Of a stretch of DNA of 64,000 nucleotides, positions 1 to 14,200 are shown in pieces (the stretch's first letter is position 1; each line of letters begins with the position of its first letter). This DNA comes from Anaeramoeba ignava BMAN. Its lineage: Eukaryota; Protista; Anaeramoebae. Where the stretch lies: assembly GCA_028826165.1 (NCBI GenBank), contig JAPDFW010000103.1, forward strand, positions 930,001-994,000. Direction: 5' to 3'. The notes under the pieces were generated by a model, which saw only the letters and a list, made by a program, of their open reading frames with translations, did no database searches and was not told the origin of the DNA. Both the position numbers and the translations under genes were made by a program.

Positions 1-3000
1 TTTTCTTCTTTAAAAGTTGTTACTTCGTCTTGAACTTTCAATTTTTTCTTGTGATATAAATTTTTGAAATCTGTGATTGTGTATTTGCTATCAATTGAAT
101 TATTTTCTGTTTTTTCTTCAATATCCATAATATTTGATTCATTGATATTTTCTTTTGGATTTGAGGCTAATGTTTCTTGTTGTTTTTTTTCATTTTCATA
201 TGATTGAATTTGCTGAAATATTTCGTCATTTTCTTTATGAATTTCATCAACAAGTTCCTGAGGAATAAAGATATCTTTGAGATTTAAATCAGCAAAATTA
301 AGAAATTTATTTTGATTTTCTTTATCATTTTCTTTATCATTTTCTTTATCATTTTCTTTATCATTTTCTTTATCATTTTCTTTATCGTTTTCTTTATCAT
401 TTTCTTTATCATTTTCTTTATCATTTTCTTTATCATTTTCTTTATCATTTTCTTTATCGTTTTTGTTTTCAAAAATTGGATGATTTTCAACATAATTTTT
501 AACTTCTTGATTAATATAAATCAAACAATAAGCATTTTCACTATTTTGATCATTTCCAAAAGATTGATTAAAAACAGATTCTTCGTCAATTTGTGTGACA
601 GTTTCATCATTAAATTTCCACCATAATTGAAGTGAATAATCATAAATAAAAGCCCAATAATGACCACTTCCCGCAACACCACGATGAATCAAAATGGAAT
701 AAAGATAATAAGGAACATCCTGCATATCAGAATATAAATCACGAATATGACCTCGATTTTCTTGGACTAAATTTTGTATTACGGAAATCCTTTCTTTTAA
801 TTGTATTTCTTCTTCCTCAATCATTTTAAGACTTGATTTATAATCATTTAATTGTTTGCGAAGTAATTCTTCATCATTTTCAAATCCAAACAGTTGGTCT
901 TTTTGGGTTTGATCAGAATCCTTTTGCAAACTTGATTCAATTTGATTGCAAACATTTTCAAGATGAGATTTTGCATTTTGGAGTAAAAATAAAAGAGGTT
1001 GTTTTGATTCTCCATATTTTTGGATACTTTCCAATTCCTTATTAAGTTCGTTTATTTCTTTTTTCAATAAATTTGCTTGATTACGTTTTTTTTCTGCAGC
1101 TTCCATATTTTTTTCCAAACAACGATCAAGAAAAATAGTTTTTTCAAAAAGGAATGGTGAGTTTTTTTTGACAGGAATTTTTCTTTCTTGATCAAAAATA
1201 ACTCTTTGTAATTGTAATATTAAAACAGGTGGAAGTTCAAGGATTGTGTTTTTCTTTTTTGCTTTTGTTTGGAATCCGTCACTTGTTTTGTAATCAATTG
1301 TGATTTCGTTTGTGAATTCATCAAGTGAGGAATATAAATCTCCGAAATCAATATCAAGAATAATTTCCGCAAAAGAAAATTTATCGATTTGTTGATTTAT
1401 TGAATCATCCTTTTCTTCGATTCTTAAAATTTGATTACCTTTCCCATGGAAAGTTTTGGTGATTAAACTAGTTCGAGATTGAATTTTTTTAAAATAATTT
1501 GGATCGTTTTCTCTTAATCTTTTTTCATATTCTTTTTGGCATTCAAATTCAATATTTTCCTCAATATTTTTTGGGTTTTTTGGTTTTTCTTTTTGACCCT
1601 TTTTTAAAAAAAAATTTCTTGAATTTCTCAATAAAAATTGTTCATGAGGTGGAAGACTATTAATATCAATATTATCTGCATTTTCCATTTCCGAGTTATT
1701 AATTGAATCTTTTGGGATATCATTTTGATTTTGATTTTGATTTTGATTTTGATTTTCATTTTGATTTTGATTTTGATTTTGATTTTGATTTTGATTTTGA
1801 TTTTGATTTTGATTTTGATTTTGATTTTGATTTTGATTTTGATTTTGATTTTGATTTTCATTTTCATTTTGATTTTGATTTTGATTTTGATTTTGATTTT
1901 CTTTTTGTTCTTGTTCTTTTTTTCTTTTTTCAATAATTTCTTTTCTAATAATTTCTTTTTGTTCTTCTTGTTCAATTTTTTTTTGATAATCTTCAATAAC
2001 AAATTCACTTTCTTCAATTCTACTTCGAAATATATTGTTAAATTCTGTTACATCTTGTTGGAAACCTATTTGTACTTTTTTTCCTGAGCTATCAGTGATA
2101 TTATTAACAAAATGAGAAGGATCTAAGTATTTATGATTTGTGAGGATTAATCTACTAAATAATCTTTGTAGTTCATGAATCACTTTTTAAGAAAAATTTT
2201 TTGAATTTTGAATTAAATTTTAATTTCAAATTTAATTTTGAATTTTAATTTAATTTTAATTTTGATTTTGATTTTGATTTTGATTTTGATTTTGATTTTG
2301 ATTTTGATTTTAATTTTGATTTTAATTTTGATTTTGATTTTGATTTTGATTTTGATTTTGATTTTAATTTTTAATTTTAATTTTAATTTAATTTAATTTT
2401 AATTTTAATTTTAATTTTAATTTTAATTTTAATTTTAATTTTAATTTTAATTTTTAATTTGAATTTTAATTTGAATTTTAATTTGAATTTTAATTTGAAT
2501 TTTACTTCAATTTTGATTTTAATTTTAATTTTGATTTTGATTTTAATTTTAATTTAATTTAATTTTAATTTTAATTTTAATTTTAATTTTAATTTTAATT
2601 TTAATTTTAATTTTAATTTACTTTTAAGTGATGAAAAAAATTTAGATTCATGTTCAGGACTTTTTAAAAAATTTTTTTTCAAAGAATTCCATTTTTCTTC
2701 TGTTAATTCATATTTTAAAATTCCATCACGAAATATTGGAATCATAAAATAAGTTTGAATTAAAGAATTCAGGTAACAAGTGTTTCCAACATTTTTTAAT
2801 CCAACAGGTTTTCTTTTTTTTCTATAATTGTAAACTCTACTTACTGCTTCATTTCTTTGAAAAGATTCAACACTTTCTTGAATAGCTTGAGATAAATTTC
2901 TATCTTCAGTTTCAACCTAATCAATTTTGAATTTGAATTTGAATTTGAATTTGATTTTAATTTTGATTTTGATTTTGATTTTGATTTTGATTTGAATTTT

Positions 3001-4423
3001 AATTTGATTTTGATTTTGATTTTAAATTTGAATTTGAATTTGAATTTGAATTTGAATTTGAATTTGAATTTGAATTTAAATTTGAAATTGAATTTGATTT
3101 TAATTTTAATTTTGATTTTGATTTTGATTTTGATTTTGAATTTTAATTTGAATTTTAATTTGATTTTAAATTTGAATTTGAATTTGAATTAGAATTTTAA
3201 TTTTGATTTTGATTTTGATTTTGATTTGAATTTGAATTTTAATTTGATTTTGATTTTGATTTTGATTTGAATTTAATTTTAATTTTGATTTTGATTTTGA
3301 TTTTGATTTTAAATTTGAATTTTGAATTTGAATTTTAATTTGAATTTGAATTTAAATTTAAATTTGAATTTGAATTTGATTTTGATTTTGAATTTAAATT
3401 TAAATTTAAATTTGAATTTGAATTTGAATTTTGAATTTTAATTTTGATTTTGAATTTGAATTTGATTTTGAATTTGAATTTGATTTTGAATTTGATTTTA
3501 ATTTTGATTTTCATTTTGATTTTGATTTTGATTTTGATTTTGAATTTGAATTTTAATTTGAATTTGAATTTGAATTTGAATTTGAATTTGAATTTGAATT
3601 TGAATTTGAATTTAAATTTGAAATTGAATTTGATTTTAATTTTAATTTTGAATTTGATTTTGAATTTGAAATTGAATTTGAATTGGTTGATATAAAAGTT
3701 TACTGAATTAGCTTTTAAAGATTGTTCAATTGCTAAACTCATATTTCTCTCTTCTTGAGTAACATTTCCTTCTGTAACCATTGCACGTCCTATTTTAATT
3801 TAATTTAATTTTAATTTTAATTTTAATTTTAATTTTAATTTTAATTTTAATTTAATTTTGATTTAATTTTGATTTAATTTTAATTTAATTTAATTTTAAT
3901 TTAATTTTATTTTAATTTTGATTTGATTTTATTTTTATTTAATTTGATTTTATTTTATTTTTATTTAATTTGATTTTGATTTAATTTTGATTTAATTTAA
4001 TTTAATTTTAATTTAATTTTTTTATTATTCAATTATTTACCAGTTGGACCTATAACTAAAAGTAGTAATTTTATTATAAAAAAAAAGGAAAAAAAAAATT
4101 TATTTTTAATTTTGCTTTTTTCTTTTTTAAAAATTCTGTGTTTTTTTTTACTTCCAGAAGGTATATGTAAAGCTCCTCCTAAATTTATATTATTTTCAGC
4201 ATCATTTGTAGTTGATTCATTATCTTCACTTGCTTTTTTTTATTTTCCATTTTTTTAAAATTTTTTTAAATAATTTTATTTTTTTTTAATTTGGAATTTT
4301 TTTTTTACTCATAAATAATAAAATTTGTTCATCATCATGAAATCTTCTTAAAGCTTCTTCAATTTTCTTTTCATTTGTAAAACCTATATTAAGTAAATCT
4401 TGTTTTGTTTTTAAGTCTGACAT
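1..4423 (-). CDS. Ubiquitin carboxyl-terminal hydrolase, USP25/USP28-like (UBA-like + 2 UIM-like + USP domain); multi-exon, 3' end beyond window start
   Basis: Manual translation: ATG at 4423 ([25 protein letters not shown]-like); UIM-like [13 protein letters not shown] and [12 protein letters not shown]; Cys box [16 protein letters not shown] (~2750-2810); QQDVTEF; [12 protein letters not shown]; His box [21 protein letters not shown] (~600-700). The last exon (~2190 to 1) appears open off the window edge and contains NQ and NDKE repeats. Confidence 0.9.
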
Positions 4424-4574
4424 TTTAAAAATGAAAAAAAAAATGAAAAAAAAAAAATGAAAAAAAATTTATTTTAAAATCGGAAAAAAATTAAATTGAA
4501 AAATTAAATCAAAAAGAAAATTTAATTTCGAATTGTTTTTTTTGATTGATTGATTGATTGATTCTTATTGAAAC

Positions 4575-6221
4575 TTATAATAAATTATAAGCAGAAACCA
4601 GCCATTCAATTTCATCAATTTCAGGTCTATTAAAAGAACCAGTTAAAAGATTTTGTTTACCAGGATTATCAACAACCCAATCAATATCACTCAAAGAAAT
4701 TAAATTATTATCATTATCATTTTCATTTTCATTTTCATTTTCATTTTCATTTTGGATTAATGAATGAGAATTAAAATTGAATTGAGGAGCTTCAGAAGAA
4801 TTAAAAATTTGATAAAAATATTGAACTTGAGATTTATCAAAATAACAAAATTTGGGAATTGGTTCGTTATAACGGAAAATAGACTTGGTTTCTCTTTTTG
4901 AACGGTAGAGATAATCCCACCAAATTTGTTGAATTTTTGCAGTTGTTCCTTCAGAAAAAGGAATATAAACACTATCATAATCAGAAACACTGTTACTTTT
5001 TCTTTTATATTTTGGAACGTAAATTTGGGTCAAATTAAACGCAACTGGATCAAATTTTCTTCCCAATTCCATTCTTTTTTTTCTATAATTTGTCCAATAA
5101 TTTTCATTAAGCATTTTGAGATGTTGTTTTCTTTGATCAGAAGTTGGGAATTTTTCCAAAATTAATAATTTTGCCAATCCATATACTTTATGAAAACCTT
5201 TTAAATATATATCCATATTAATCTTAGATCTATCAAGATTATTGACAGCTACACAAAAACCTCTATGAGCATATTTCAACAACCGACTTTCATAAGAAGG
5301 AGATCTGCGAGTGAGATCCACTAGATTGTATCTTTTTGTAATTGCACGAATACATCTTGGATTGGCAAAAACTTGTTTGCCGTCAAAGCCAATCGAACAA
5401 GCGTCAATGTCAAAACCAAGTAGAATTTCAGCAGGAGATTTATAAAGCCTTAATATAAACTGTATATGTCGTAACGGTAGCGTTGACACTAAAGAGATTG
5501 TGTGATCTGAACGGAAAACTTGATAGGTGCCACTGTAGAGACTATTGCCAAGAATTTGATTGATTAGATTGTTTATTTTTTGTGTTGCTTTTTCTTGATC
5601 AAGTCCGTAAATAAAAATGTCAATGTCAGAATTTTGATAGGCAATTTGACTAAAATAATTGCGAATTTGATTGCGTGATTTTGAATATTTTTTTGGAATG
5701 GACCCTAATACACGCAAGCACAGAACCTCCAGCTACAAAAACATTATTCCAATCAATATCTTGCAATTCATTTTCAGAAAAATTTCGAATTGTTTGCGAA
5801 AAATTTTGGCTGAATCAACAATATTTGTTGGTAAACTATATTCCAAAGCAAAATCCATTACTTTAGGAATTCGTTGTTCGTTTTTGTCCCAATTTGAAGA
5901 TTTAAACATTTCTATGTTTTCAAATACATTTACAAGCAATATTTCAGGATCCGTTAAAATTTCATTATTTCGATCATTTGCGAATTTTAAACGGAAAAAT
6001 AATTCTTCATTTATTAATGTTTGATTCCAATATTTGGATTTGTTAAATTCATAGAAATCTGGTTTTTCAATGAATTTCTGATATTTTGTCCAATGTAAAA
6101 ATTTTATAATTTTTTTCATGTAAATTGTTGGAAATGACTTTAACATTTCAATGTATTTTTCTAATTCTTCTTTTTCTTGTGAATTTAATACTTTTCCAAC
6201 TGCTTCGGCTGCTAATGTCAT
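4575..6221 (-). CDS. Pol-beta-superfamily nucleotidyltransferase-fold protein, interrupted by two close frameshifts (~5780, ~5710)
   Basis: ORFs 5733-6221 and 4575-5717 plus an intermediate frame reading IDWNNVFVAGGSVLAC; followed by SDIDIFIYG, HIQFILRLYKSPAEILLGFDID. The GGS...DxD pattern is an NTase signature. Confidence 0.7.
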
Positions 6222-6515
6222 TAATTTTGGTATTTTTTCTTTTTTTCAAAATTTAAAATTATTTAAAATAAAATCGGATAAAAAAATTTATTTTTGTTTT
6301 TTACTTTTTTTTCCAAAATTAATTTTTAAATTCATTTTTTAATTTAATTTTTAAATTGTAAAAAAAATGAAAAATGGAAAAATTAAAAAAAAAAAATTTT
6401 CTTTTATTTTGTTTTTTTTTTTTTTTTTAATAAAATATTTAGTAATTATTTGAAAAAATTTAATAATAATTTTTCATTTTTTTTTTCATTTTTTTTTTAA
6501 AATTCATTAATAAAA

Positions 6516-9500
6516 ATGTCAGATTATCACAGACATAGAAGAGATAGTTTTCATCCTTATTCAAGAAGAGATTCTGAATCTAGATCCTCAAGAAGAAGAA
6601 AAAAGAAAAGATATGGTATAAAATAATAAATAAAATAATAAATAAAATTATAAATAAAATTATAAATAAAATTATAAATAAAATTATAAATAAAATTATA
6701 AATAAAATTATAAATAAAATTATAAATTAAAATTATAAATAAAATTATAAATAAAATTATAAATAAAAATTATAAAATAAATTAAATTATAAATAAAATT
6801 ATAAATTAAAATTATAAATTAAATTAAATTATAAATTAAATTATAAATAAAATTATAAATAAAAAAATATAAATTAAAATTATAAATTAAAAATAAATTA
6901 AAAAAATAAAATAAAAATAAAATTATAAAATTAAATTATAAATAAAATAAAATTATAAATTAAAATTATAAATAAAAAATAATAAATAAAATAATAAAAT
7001 TAAATAAAATAAATTATAAATTAAATTATAAATTAAATTATAAATTAAATTATAAATTAAAAATATAAATTAAAATTAAAAATAAAATAATAAATAAATT
7101 AAAATTATAAAAAAAATTATAAAATAAAAAATAAATAAAATAAAATAAAAAAAATAAATAAAATAAAATAAAAATAAATTATAAAAATTATAAATAAAAA
7201 ATTATAAAAAAATTAAAATTATAAATTAAATTATAAATAAAATTATAAATTAAATATAATAAAATTATAAAATATAAAATTAAATTATAAATTAAAATAA
7301 AATTATAAATAAAAATATAAATTAAATTATAAATTAAATTAAATTAAAATATAAAATTATAAAAAAAATTATAAATTAAATTATAAATAAATAAATAAAT
7401 AAAATAAATTATAAATAAAAATAAAATTATAAATTAAATTAAAAATTATAAATAAAAATAAAAAATTATAAATAAAAAATAATAAATTAAAATTATAAAA
7501 AATAAAAAATAAATTATAAAAAAATAAATAAAATAAAAAAATTATAAATTAAATTATAAATAAAAATATAAATAAAATTATAAATAAAATTATAAATAAA
7601 ATTATAAATAAAATTATAAATAAAATTATAAATAAAATTATAAATTAAATTATAAATTAAATTATAAATAAAATTATAAATAAAATTATAAATATAATAA
7701 TAAATTAAATTATAAATTAAATTATAAATAAATTAAAATAAAATTATTTAAATAAAATTTCAAAAGCAACAAGAACATTATTTGTGAGAAACATTGCATT
7801 TGAGGCAACAATTGATGAAATAAGAGATGAATTTGAGAAATTTGGAAAAATTAAAAGAATTTATGATATCATTAAGAAGTATGTGTGAATTCATTTAGAA
7901 AGAACAAAGCAGAAAAAAAATTCTGAACAAAAATAACATTTCTTTCAAGATTCACAAAAAAATTTTTATAATTTTTTCTTCTTTCATTTAAATGAGAGAG
8001 ATTGAAAGAAAACAAAATTGATCACAAATTTATAATTATCTTATCATATTTCTTAATTAAATATTTAATTAAGAATTAAGAATTAAGAAGAATTAAATTA
8101 AGAATTGAATATTAAATTAAAAATTGAATATTGAATTAAGAATTGAATATTAAATTAAGAATTAAATATTGAATTAAGAATTAAGAATTAAGAATTGAAT
8201 ATTAAATTAAGAATTAAATATTAAATTAAGAATTAAGAATTGAATATTGAATTAAGAATTGAATATTGAATTAAGAATTGAATATTGAATTAAGAATTAA
8301 GAATTAAGAATTGAATATTGAATATTGAATTGAATATTGAATTAATTGTTTTAAATTGAAAAAAAAATTCTTATTTAAATTATGGAATTAATTTTCATTT
8401 CTTTGTCTATCTGAATTGATTAATAGACGAGGAATTGCATTTATTACTTATGTAAGATATAATTGAAAATTAGAAAGAAAAAAAAATTGTTTATAATAAA
8501 GAATCATTTGAAAAATTTGTTTATTGAAAAACAGTATGATATGAGAGCAGCAGAAGCAGCAACAAGAAAATTACAAAATAAGAAAATTAGTGGGAGAGAA
8601 GTAGCTTTTATTATTTTTTTTTGTCAAAAAGAATTTGAGTTTTTTAATTTTTTTCATTTCTTTTTTATTTCAATAATTTTTTTTGATAGATTGATATCCA
8701 TTATTCTGTTCCAAATTCAACAAGTCAAGATGATCCAAATAATGTAAGAATATCTATAAAAAATATTTAGAATTAAGAATTCAGAATTACATTTAAGCAG
8801 TGAATCAAGTTAGATTTAAGAATTTATGAATTAAATCAAATTGAATTAAATCAAGTTGGATTTAATAATTGATTGAATTAAATTGAATTAAATCAAATTT
8901 ATTCAAGTTAGATTTAAGAATTGAATTGAATTTGAATTAAATCGTTAGATTAATGAATTGAATTGAATTTGAATTAAATCAAGTTGGATTTAATAATTGA
9001 TTGAATTAAATTTATTCAAGTTGAATTAAAATTGAATTAAAATTGAATTAAATTAAATTAAATTAGATTTAAGAATTAAATCAAATTGAATTAAATCAAG
9101 TTGGATTTAATAGTTGAATTGAATTAAATCAAAACAAGTTAGATTTAAGAATTGAATTGAATTGGGTTAAATTGAATTAAATCAAGTTAGATTTAAGAAT
9201 TTATGAATTAAATCAAATTGAATTAAATCAAGTTGGATTTAAGAATTTATGAATTGAATCAAATTTATTCAAGTTAGATTAAAACAAGTTAGATTTATGA
9301 ATTGAATTGAATTTGAATTAAATCAAGTTGGATTTAATAATTGAATTGAATTAAATTTATTCAAGTTGAATTAAAATTGAATTAAAATTGAATTAAATTA
9401 AATCAAGTTAGATTTGAGAATTGAATTGATTCAAATTAGATTTAAGAATTTATGAATTGAATTGAATTGAATTGAATTAAATTAAATTAAATTAGATTTA

Positions 9501-10847
9501 AGAATTTATGAATTGAATTAAATTGAATTAAATCAAGTTGGATTTAATAATTGATTGAATTAAATTTATTCAAGTTGAATTAAAATTGAATTAAAATTGA
9601 ATTAAAATTAAATTAATTTAAATCAAGTTAGATTTAAGAATTGAATTGATTCAAGTTAGATTTAGGAATTGGATTGAATTGAATTGAATTAAATTAAATT
9701 AAATTAAATTAGATTTAGGAATTAAATTGAATTGAATTAAATTAAATTCAATTATTAAATTTTTTTTAATTAAAAAGGGAACTTTATATGTCGTACTTAA
9801 AGATACATCCAAAGTAATTAACAACGATGAATTTTATAAATTTTATCAAAAATGGGGAGATATTAAAGAAATTAGAAACATGAGAAACAATGAAAACAGG
9901 TTAAACAAAAAATAATTTTTCAAATTTTAAAATCTTAAAAATCAAATTCAAAAAATTATTTCCAAACAAAAAAAACAGTAAATTTGTTGAATTTTATGAT
10001 CTTCGATCTTCAGAACAAGCTTTAAAAGATACAAATGGAAAAGAATATTTAGGAGGAACTTTAATTGTTAAATATGCATATGCACCAAAAGATAAAAGGT
10101 GAATATTTCTCAATTAAAAATTTTAAAACAAATTTGTTTGAATTAAATTTTAATTTTATTTAAAAACAAAATAATTTTTAAAAAGATCTGATGAAAGAGA
10201 TGAAAGAAGTGATTCTACTCAATCAATTCCAACAAATTATCGAGGAATACCATTACCAACATCAATGAAAGATTTGAATATTGGAGAAACAATTCCTGTA
10301 AAAAATTAAAATTCATTTATAAATTTAAAATTAAAATTAAAATTAAAATTAAAATTAAAATTAAAATTAAAATTAAAATTAAAATTAAAATTAAAATTAA
10401 AATCAAAATTAAAATTAAAATTAAAATTTAAAGCCAACTCCTTTGCTTTTTAATAATCCACAAGCATTATCTCTTTTAAATGCACAACTTTTACCACAAT
10501 TACAAAAAACAGATCCATTAAATTTTCAACCACAAATTCTTCCACAACTTTTACAACCAAGTATACAAACTCAACCACAATTTACTCCAAATTTTCTTCA
10601 ACTTTCTGGTTTACTTCCAAATTTACAACAACATCAACAGCAACAACAACAACAACAACAGCATCAACTTATTCAACAAAATCCACAAATTCCAAAAGAA
10701 AATAATTTGCAAGATTTATTAACTTTACTTTTACAAAACCAAGATCAAAATAAATTGGATCCTCTCAAACCAAATTTACAAGGTGGATTAAATTCTGATA
10801 ATCTAAATCAATTAAGCCAATTTTTCTCATCACATTCCAAAGATTAA
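6516..10847 (+). CDS. RRM RNA-binding protein (two Mei2-like RRMs, RS-rich N-terminus, Q/L/P-rich C-terminus), multi-exon
   Basis: Exons: MSDYHRHRRDSFHPYSRR; TRTLFVRNIAF (RNP2, ~7770); RGIAFITY (RNP1, ~8427-8451); YDMRAAEAA; GTLYVVLK; KFVEFYDLRSSEQA; final exon ORF 10443-10847. GT-AG boundaries present. Confidence 0.85.
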
Positions 10848-11259
10848 AATTCAAAATCAAAATTAAAATCAATTCAAAATTTAATTCAAAATTTAAAATT
10901 AAAATTTAAAATTAAAATTAAATTCAAAATTAAAATTTAAATTAAAATCAAAATCAAAATTAAAATTAAAATTAAAATTAAAATTCAAAATTAAAATTTA
11001 AATTCAAAATTAAATTTAAAATTAAAATCAAAATCAAATTAAAATTCAAATCGGAAAAAAAATTTCTTTTTGATTGAATTAAAAAAAAAAAATAAAAGAA
11101 AAAAAATTGAGAATTAAATGTTTTTCCTTTTTTTCTTTTCCAATTTTACTTCTTCTTGTTTGAAGTAAAAAAAAAAAAGTGAAAAGAAAAAAAAACAGAA
11201 AAAGAAAAAAGAAAAAAGAAAAAAGAAAAAAGAAAGAAAAAAAAAAACGGAAAAGAAAA

Positions 11260-14200
11260 TTATTTTTTGCCAAAAGTTTGTTGAAATTGTTTTGCTTTAT
11301 CTTCCATAACTCTCTTTTGCATTTCTGAAGATTTACGAGCAGCTCGAAGAACTCTAAACCAATCTTCAACTTCTTTATCGTTTGATAATGAAAAAATTAT
11401 ACTTGCGGTTGCTGCTTTGATTTGAAGACAATTATCTTTTTTTGCTGATGCTTTATCAATTCTTAAAGCTCTTGCTTCGTCCATATGAAATACAAACTCA
11501 GGTTTATTGACCTTTTTATTTTAAATTTTTTATCCGATTTTAATTTTAATTTTAATTTTAATTTTAATTTTAATTTTAATTTTATAAATGAATTTTAATT
11601 TTAATTTTATAAATGAATTTAAATTTAAATTTTAATTTTAATTTAAATTTTGATTTTAATTTTAATTTTAATTTTAATTTTAATTTTAATTTTAATTTTA
11701 ATTTTAATTTTAATTTAATTTTAATTTTAATTTTAATTTTAATTTTAATTTTAATTTTAAATTTTAATTTTAATTTTAATAAATGAATTTTAATTTTAAT
11801 TTTAATTTTAATTTTAATTTTAATTTTAATTTTAATTTTAATTTTTAATTTTAATTTTAATTTTAATTTTAATTTTAATAAATGAATTTTAATTTTAATT
11901 TTGATTTTAATTTTAATTTTAATTTTAATTTTAATTTTTAATTTTAATTTTAATTTTAGTTTTAATTTTAATTTTGATTTTGATTTTAACTTTAATTTTA
12001 ATTTTATAAATAAATTTTTAATTTTAATTTGATTTTAATTTTAATTTTAAATTTTGATTTTAATTTTAATTTTAATTTAAATTTTGATTTTAATTTTAAT
12101 TTTAATTTTAATTTTAATTTTAATTTTAATTTTAATTTTAATTTTGATTTTAATTTTGATTTTAATTTTAATTTCAATTTTAATTTTAATTTTAATTTTA
12201 TTTTTATTTTTAATTTTAATTTTAATTTTAATTTTTATTTTAAATTTTATAATTGAATTTTAATTTTATTTGTAAGTACAGTCTTATCAGGAAGAATAGC
12301 AAGTTGACTTGCTTTAAAAACAACCCATTTTTTCGACCATTTAATTTTTCTAAATTGGGATTCCTCTCTCAATTTACACCAAGTAGCTCTATCATTTTTA
12401 CCCAAAGAACCTTCAACCCAAGAAAGAATCTGACGTTTATCTCTTTCTGCAGCCATAAGAGCTCTTTCCTTATCAAGTTTTGCTCTTGAGAGAGCGATAT
12501 TACGTGCCTCAATTTCACGCTTAAGCCTTTCCTGAAGGGAACCAGTACCTCCCAAAACGAGATCGATATCTTTCTCGAGATTATCAAGTCTTTCTTCAAG
12601 CTCTTGAGCTTCTTGTGCTAAACGTTCTTTTTCTGCGTCAGTTTCTGTGATCAATTCAATTTTCTCTTTTTCATTTTGTTCTGCAAAAATTTCCATCTCT
12701 TGGATTTTCGTCTCCAGACTGTCGTTTTCCTGTTTCGCCTTGACTATAATTTCTTCAGACTCTTGTGTCGTGTCTGCAAGCTCCTTGTCAAGGTCTTTTA
12801 TTGTCTGGATAAGCGCTTCCTGTTCGGCTTGAACGTTTTCCAAATTCATTTTTATTTTTTGTCGCTCTTCCGTGTTTTCGACTTCAGTTTTCTGTATCAC
12901 TTCGACTAACTGCTCGCTTTCTGTTTGTGTTTGTGTTAATTCTTCTGATAATTCTTGTAATACTGTTGTTAATGCTTCTGTGTTCGCTTTGGATGTTTGT
13001 TTGGCTTCGCTCATTTTCTCTTGGTTTAGTTCTAAGATTTGCTCAAGTGATTTTGTTTCTTCTGATATCTTGCTTTTTTCAAGTTTAACATATTCTTTTC
13101 TTCGATCCAATTCCTGTGTTCAAATCAAAATTAAATTCAAAATAAATTAAATCAAATTAAATCAAAATAAATTTATAATCAAATCAAATCAAATTAAATC
13201 AAAATAAATTTATAATTAAATCAAAAATAAATTAAATTAAATTAAAAATAAATTAAATTAAATCAAATCAAATCAAATTAAATCAAATCAAATCAAATTA
13301 AAATAAATTTATAATTAAATCAAATCAAATCAAATTAAATCAAATTAAATTAAATTAAATTAAATTAAATTAAATTAAATTAAATTAAATTAAATTAAAT
13401 TAAATTAAATCAAATTAAATCAAAAAAATCAAATTAAATTGAATCAAATTTTATAATTAAATTAATAATTAAATCAAATTAAATTTAATCAAATCAAATT
13501 AAATTTATAATTAAATTAAAAATAAATTAAATCAAATCAAATTAATAATCAAATCAAATTAAATTAAATCAAAAATAAATTAAATCAAATCAAATCAAAT
13601 CAAATTAAATTTATAATTAAATTAAAATAAATTAAATTAAATCAAATTAAATTAAATCAAATTTAATCAAATTAAATTAAATTAAATCAAATTAAATTAA
13701 ATCAAATTAAATTTAAATTAAAATAAATTAAATTAAAATTAAATTAAAAATTAAATTAAATTAAATCAAATCAAAATAAATCAAATTCAATCAAATTCAA
13801 TCAAATTAAATTAAATCAAATCAAAATAAATTAAATTAAATTAAATTAAATTAAATTAAATTAAATTAAATTAAATTAAATTAAATTAAATTAAATTAAA
13901 TTAAATTAAATTAAATTAAATTAAATTAAAAATAAATTTATAATTAAATTAATAATTAAATCAAATTAAATTTAATCAAATCAAATTTAAATTTATAATT
14001 AAATTAAAATAAATTAAATCAAATTAAATTAAATTAAATTTAAATTAAATCAAATCAAATCAAATTAAATTTATAATTAAATTAAAATAAATTAAATCAA
14101 ATTAAATTAAATTAAATTAAATTAAATCAAATTAAATCAAATCAAATCAAATCAAATCAAATCAAATTAAATCAAATTAAATCAAATCAATAATTTACAT

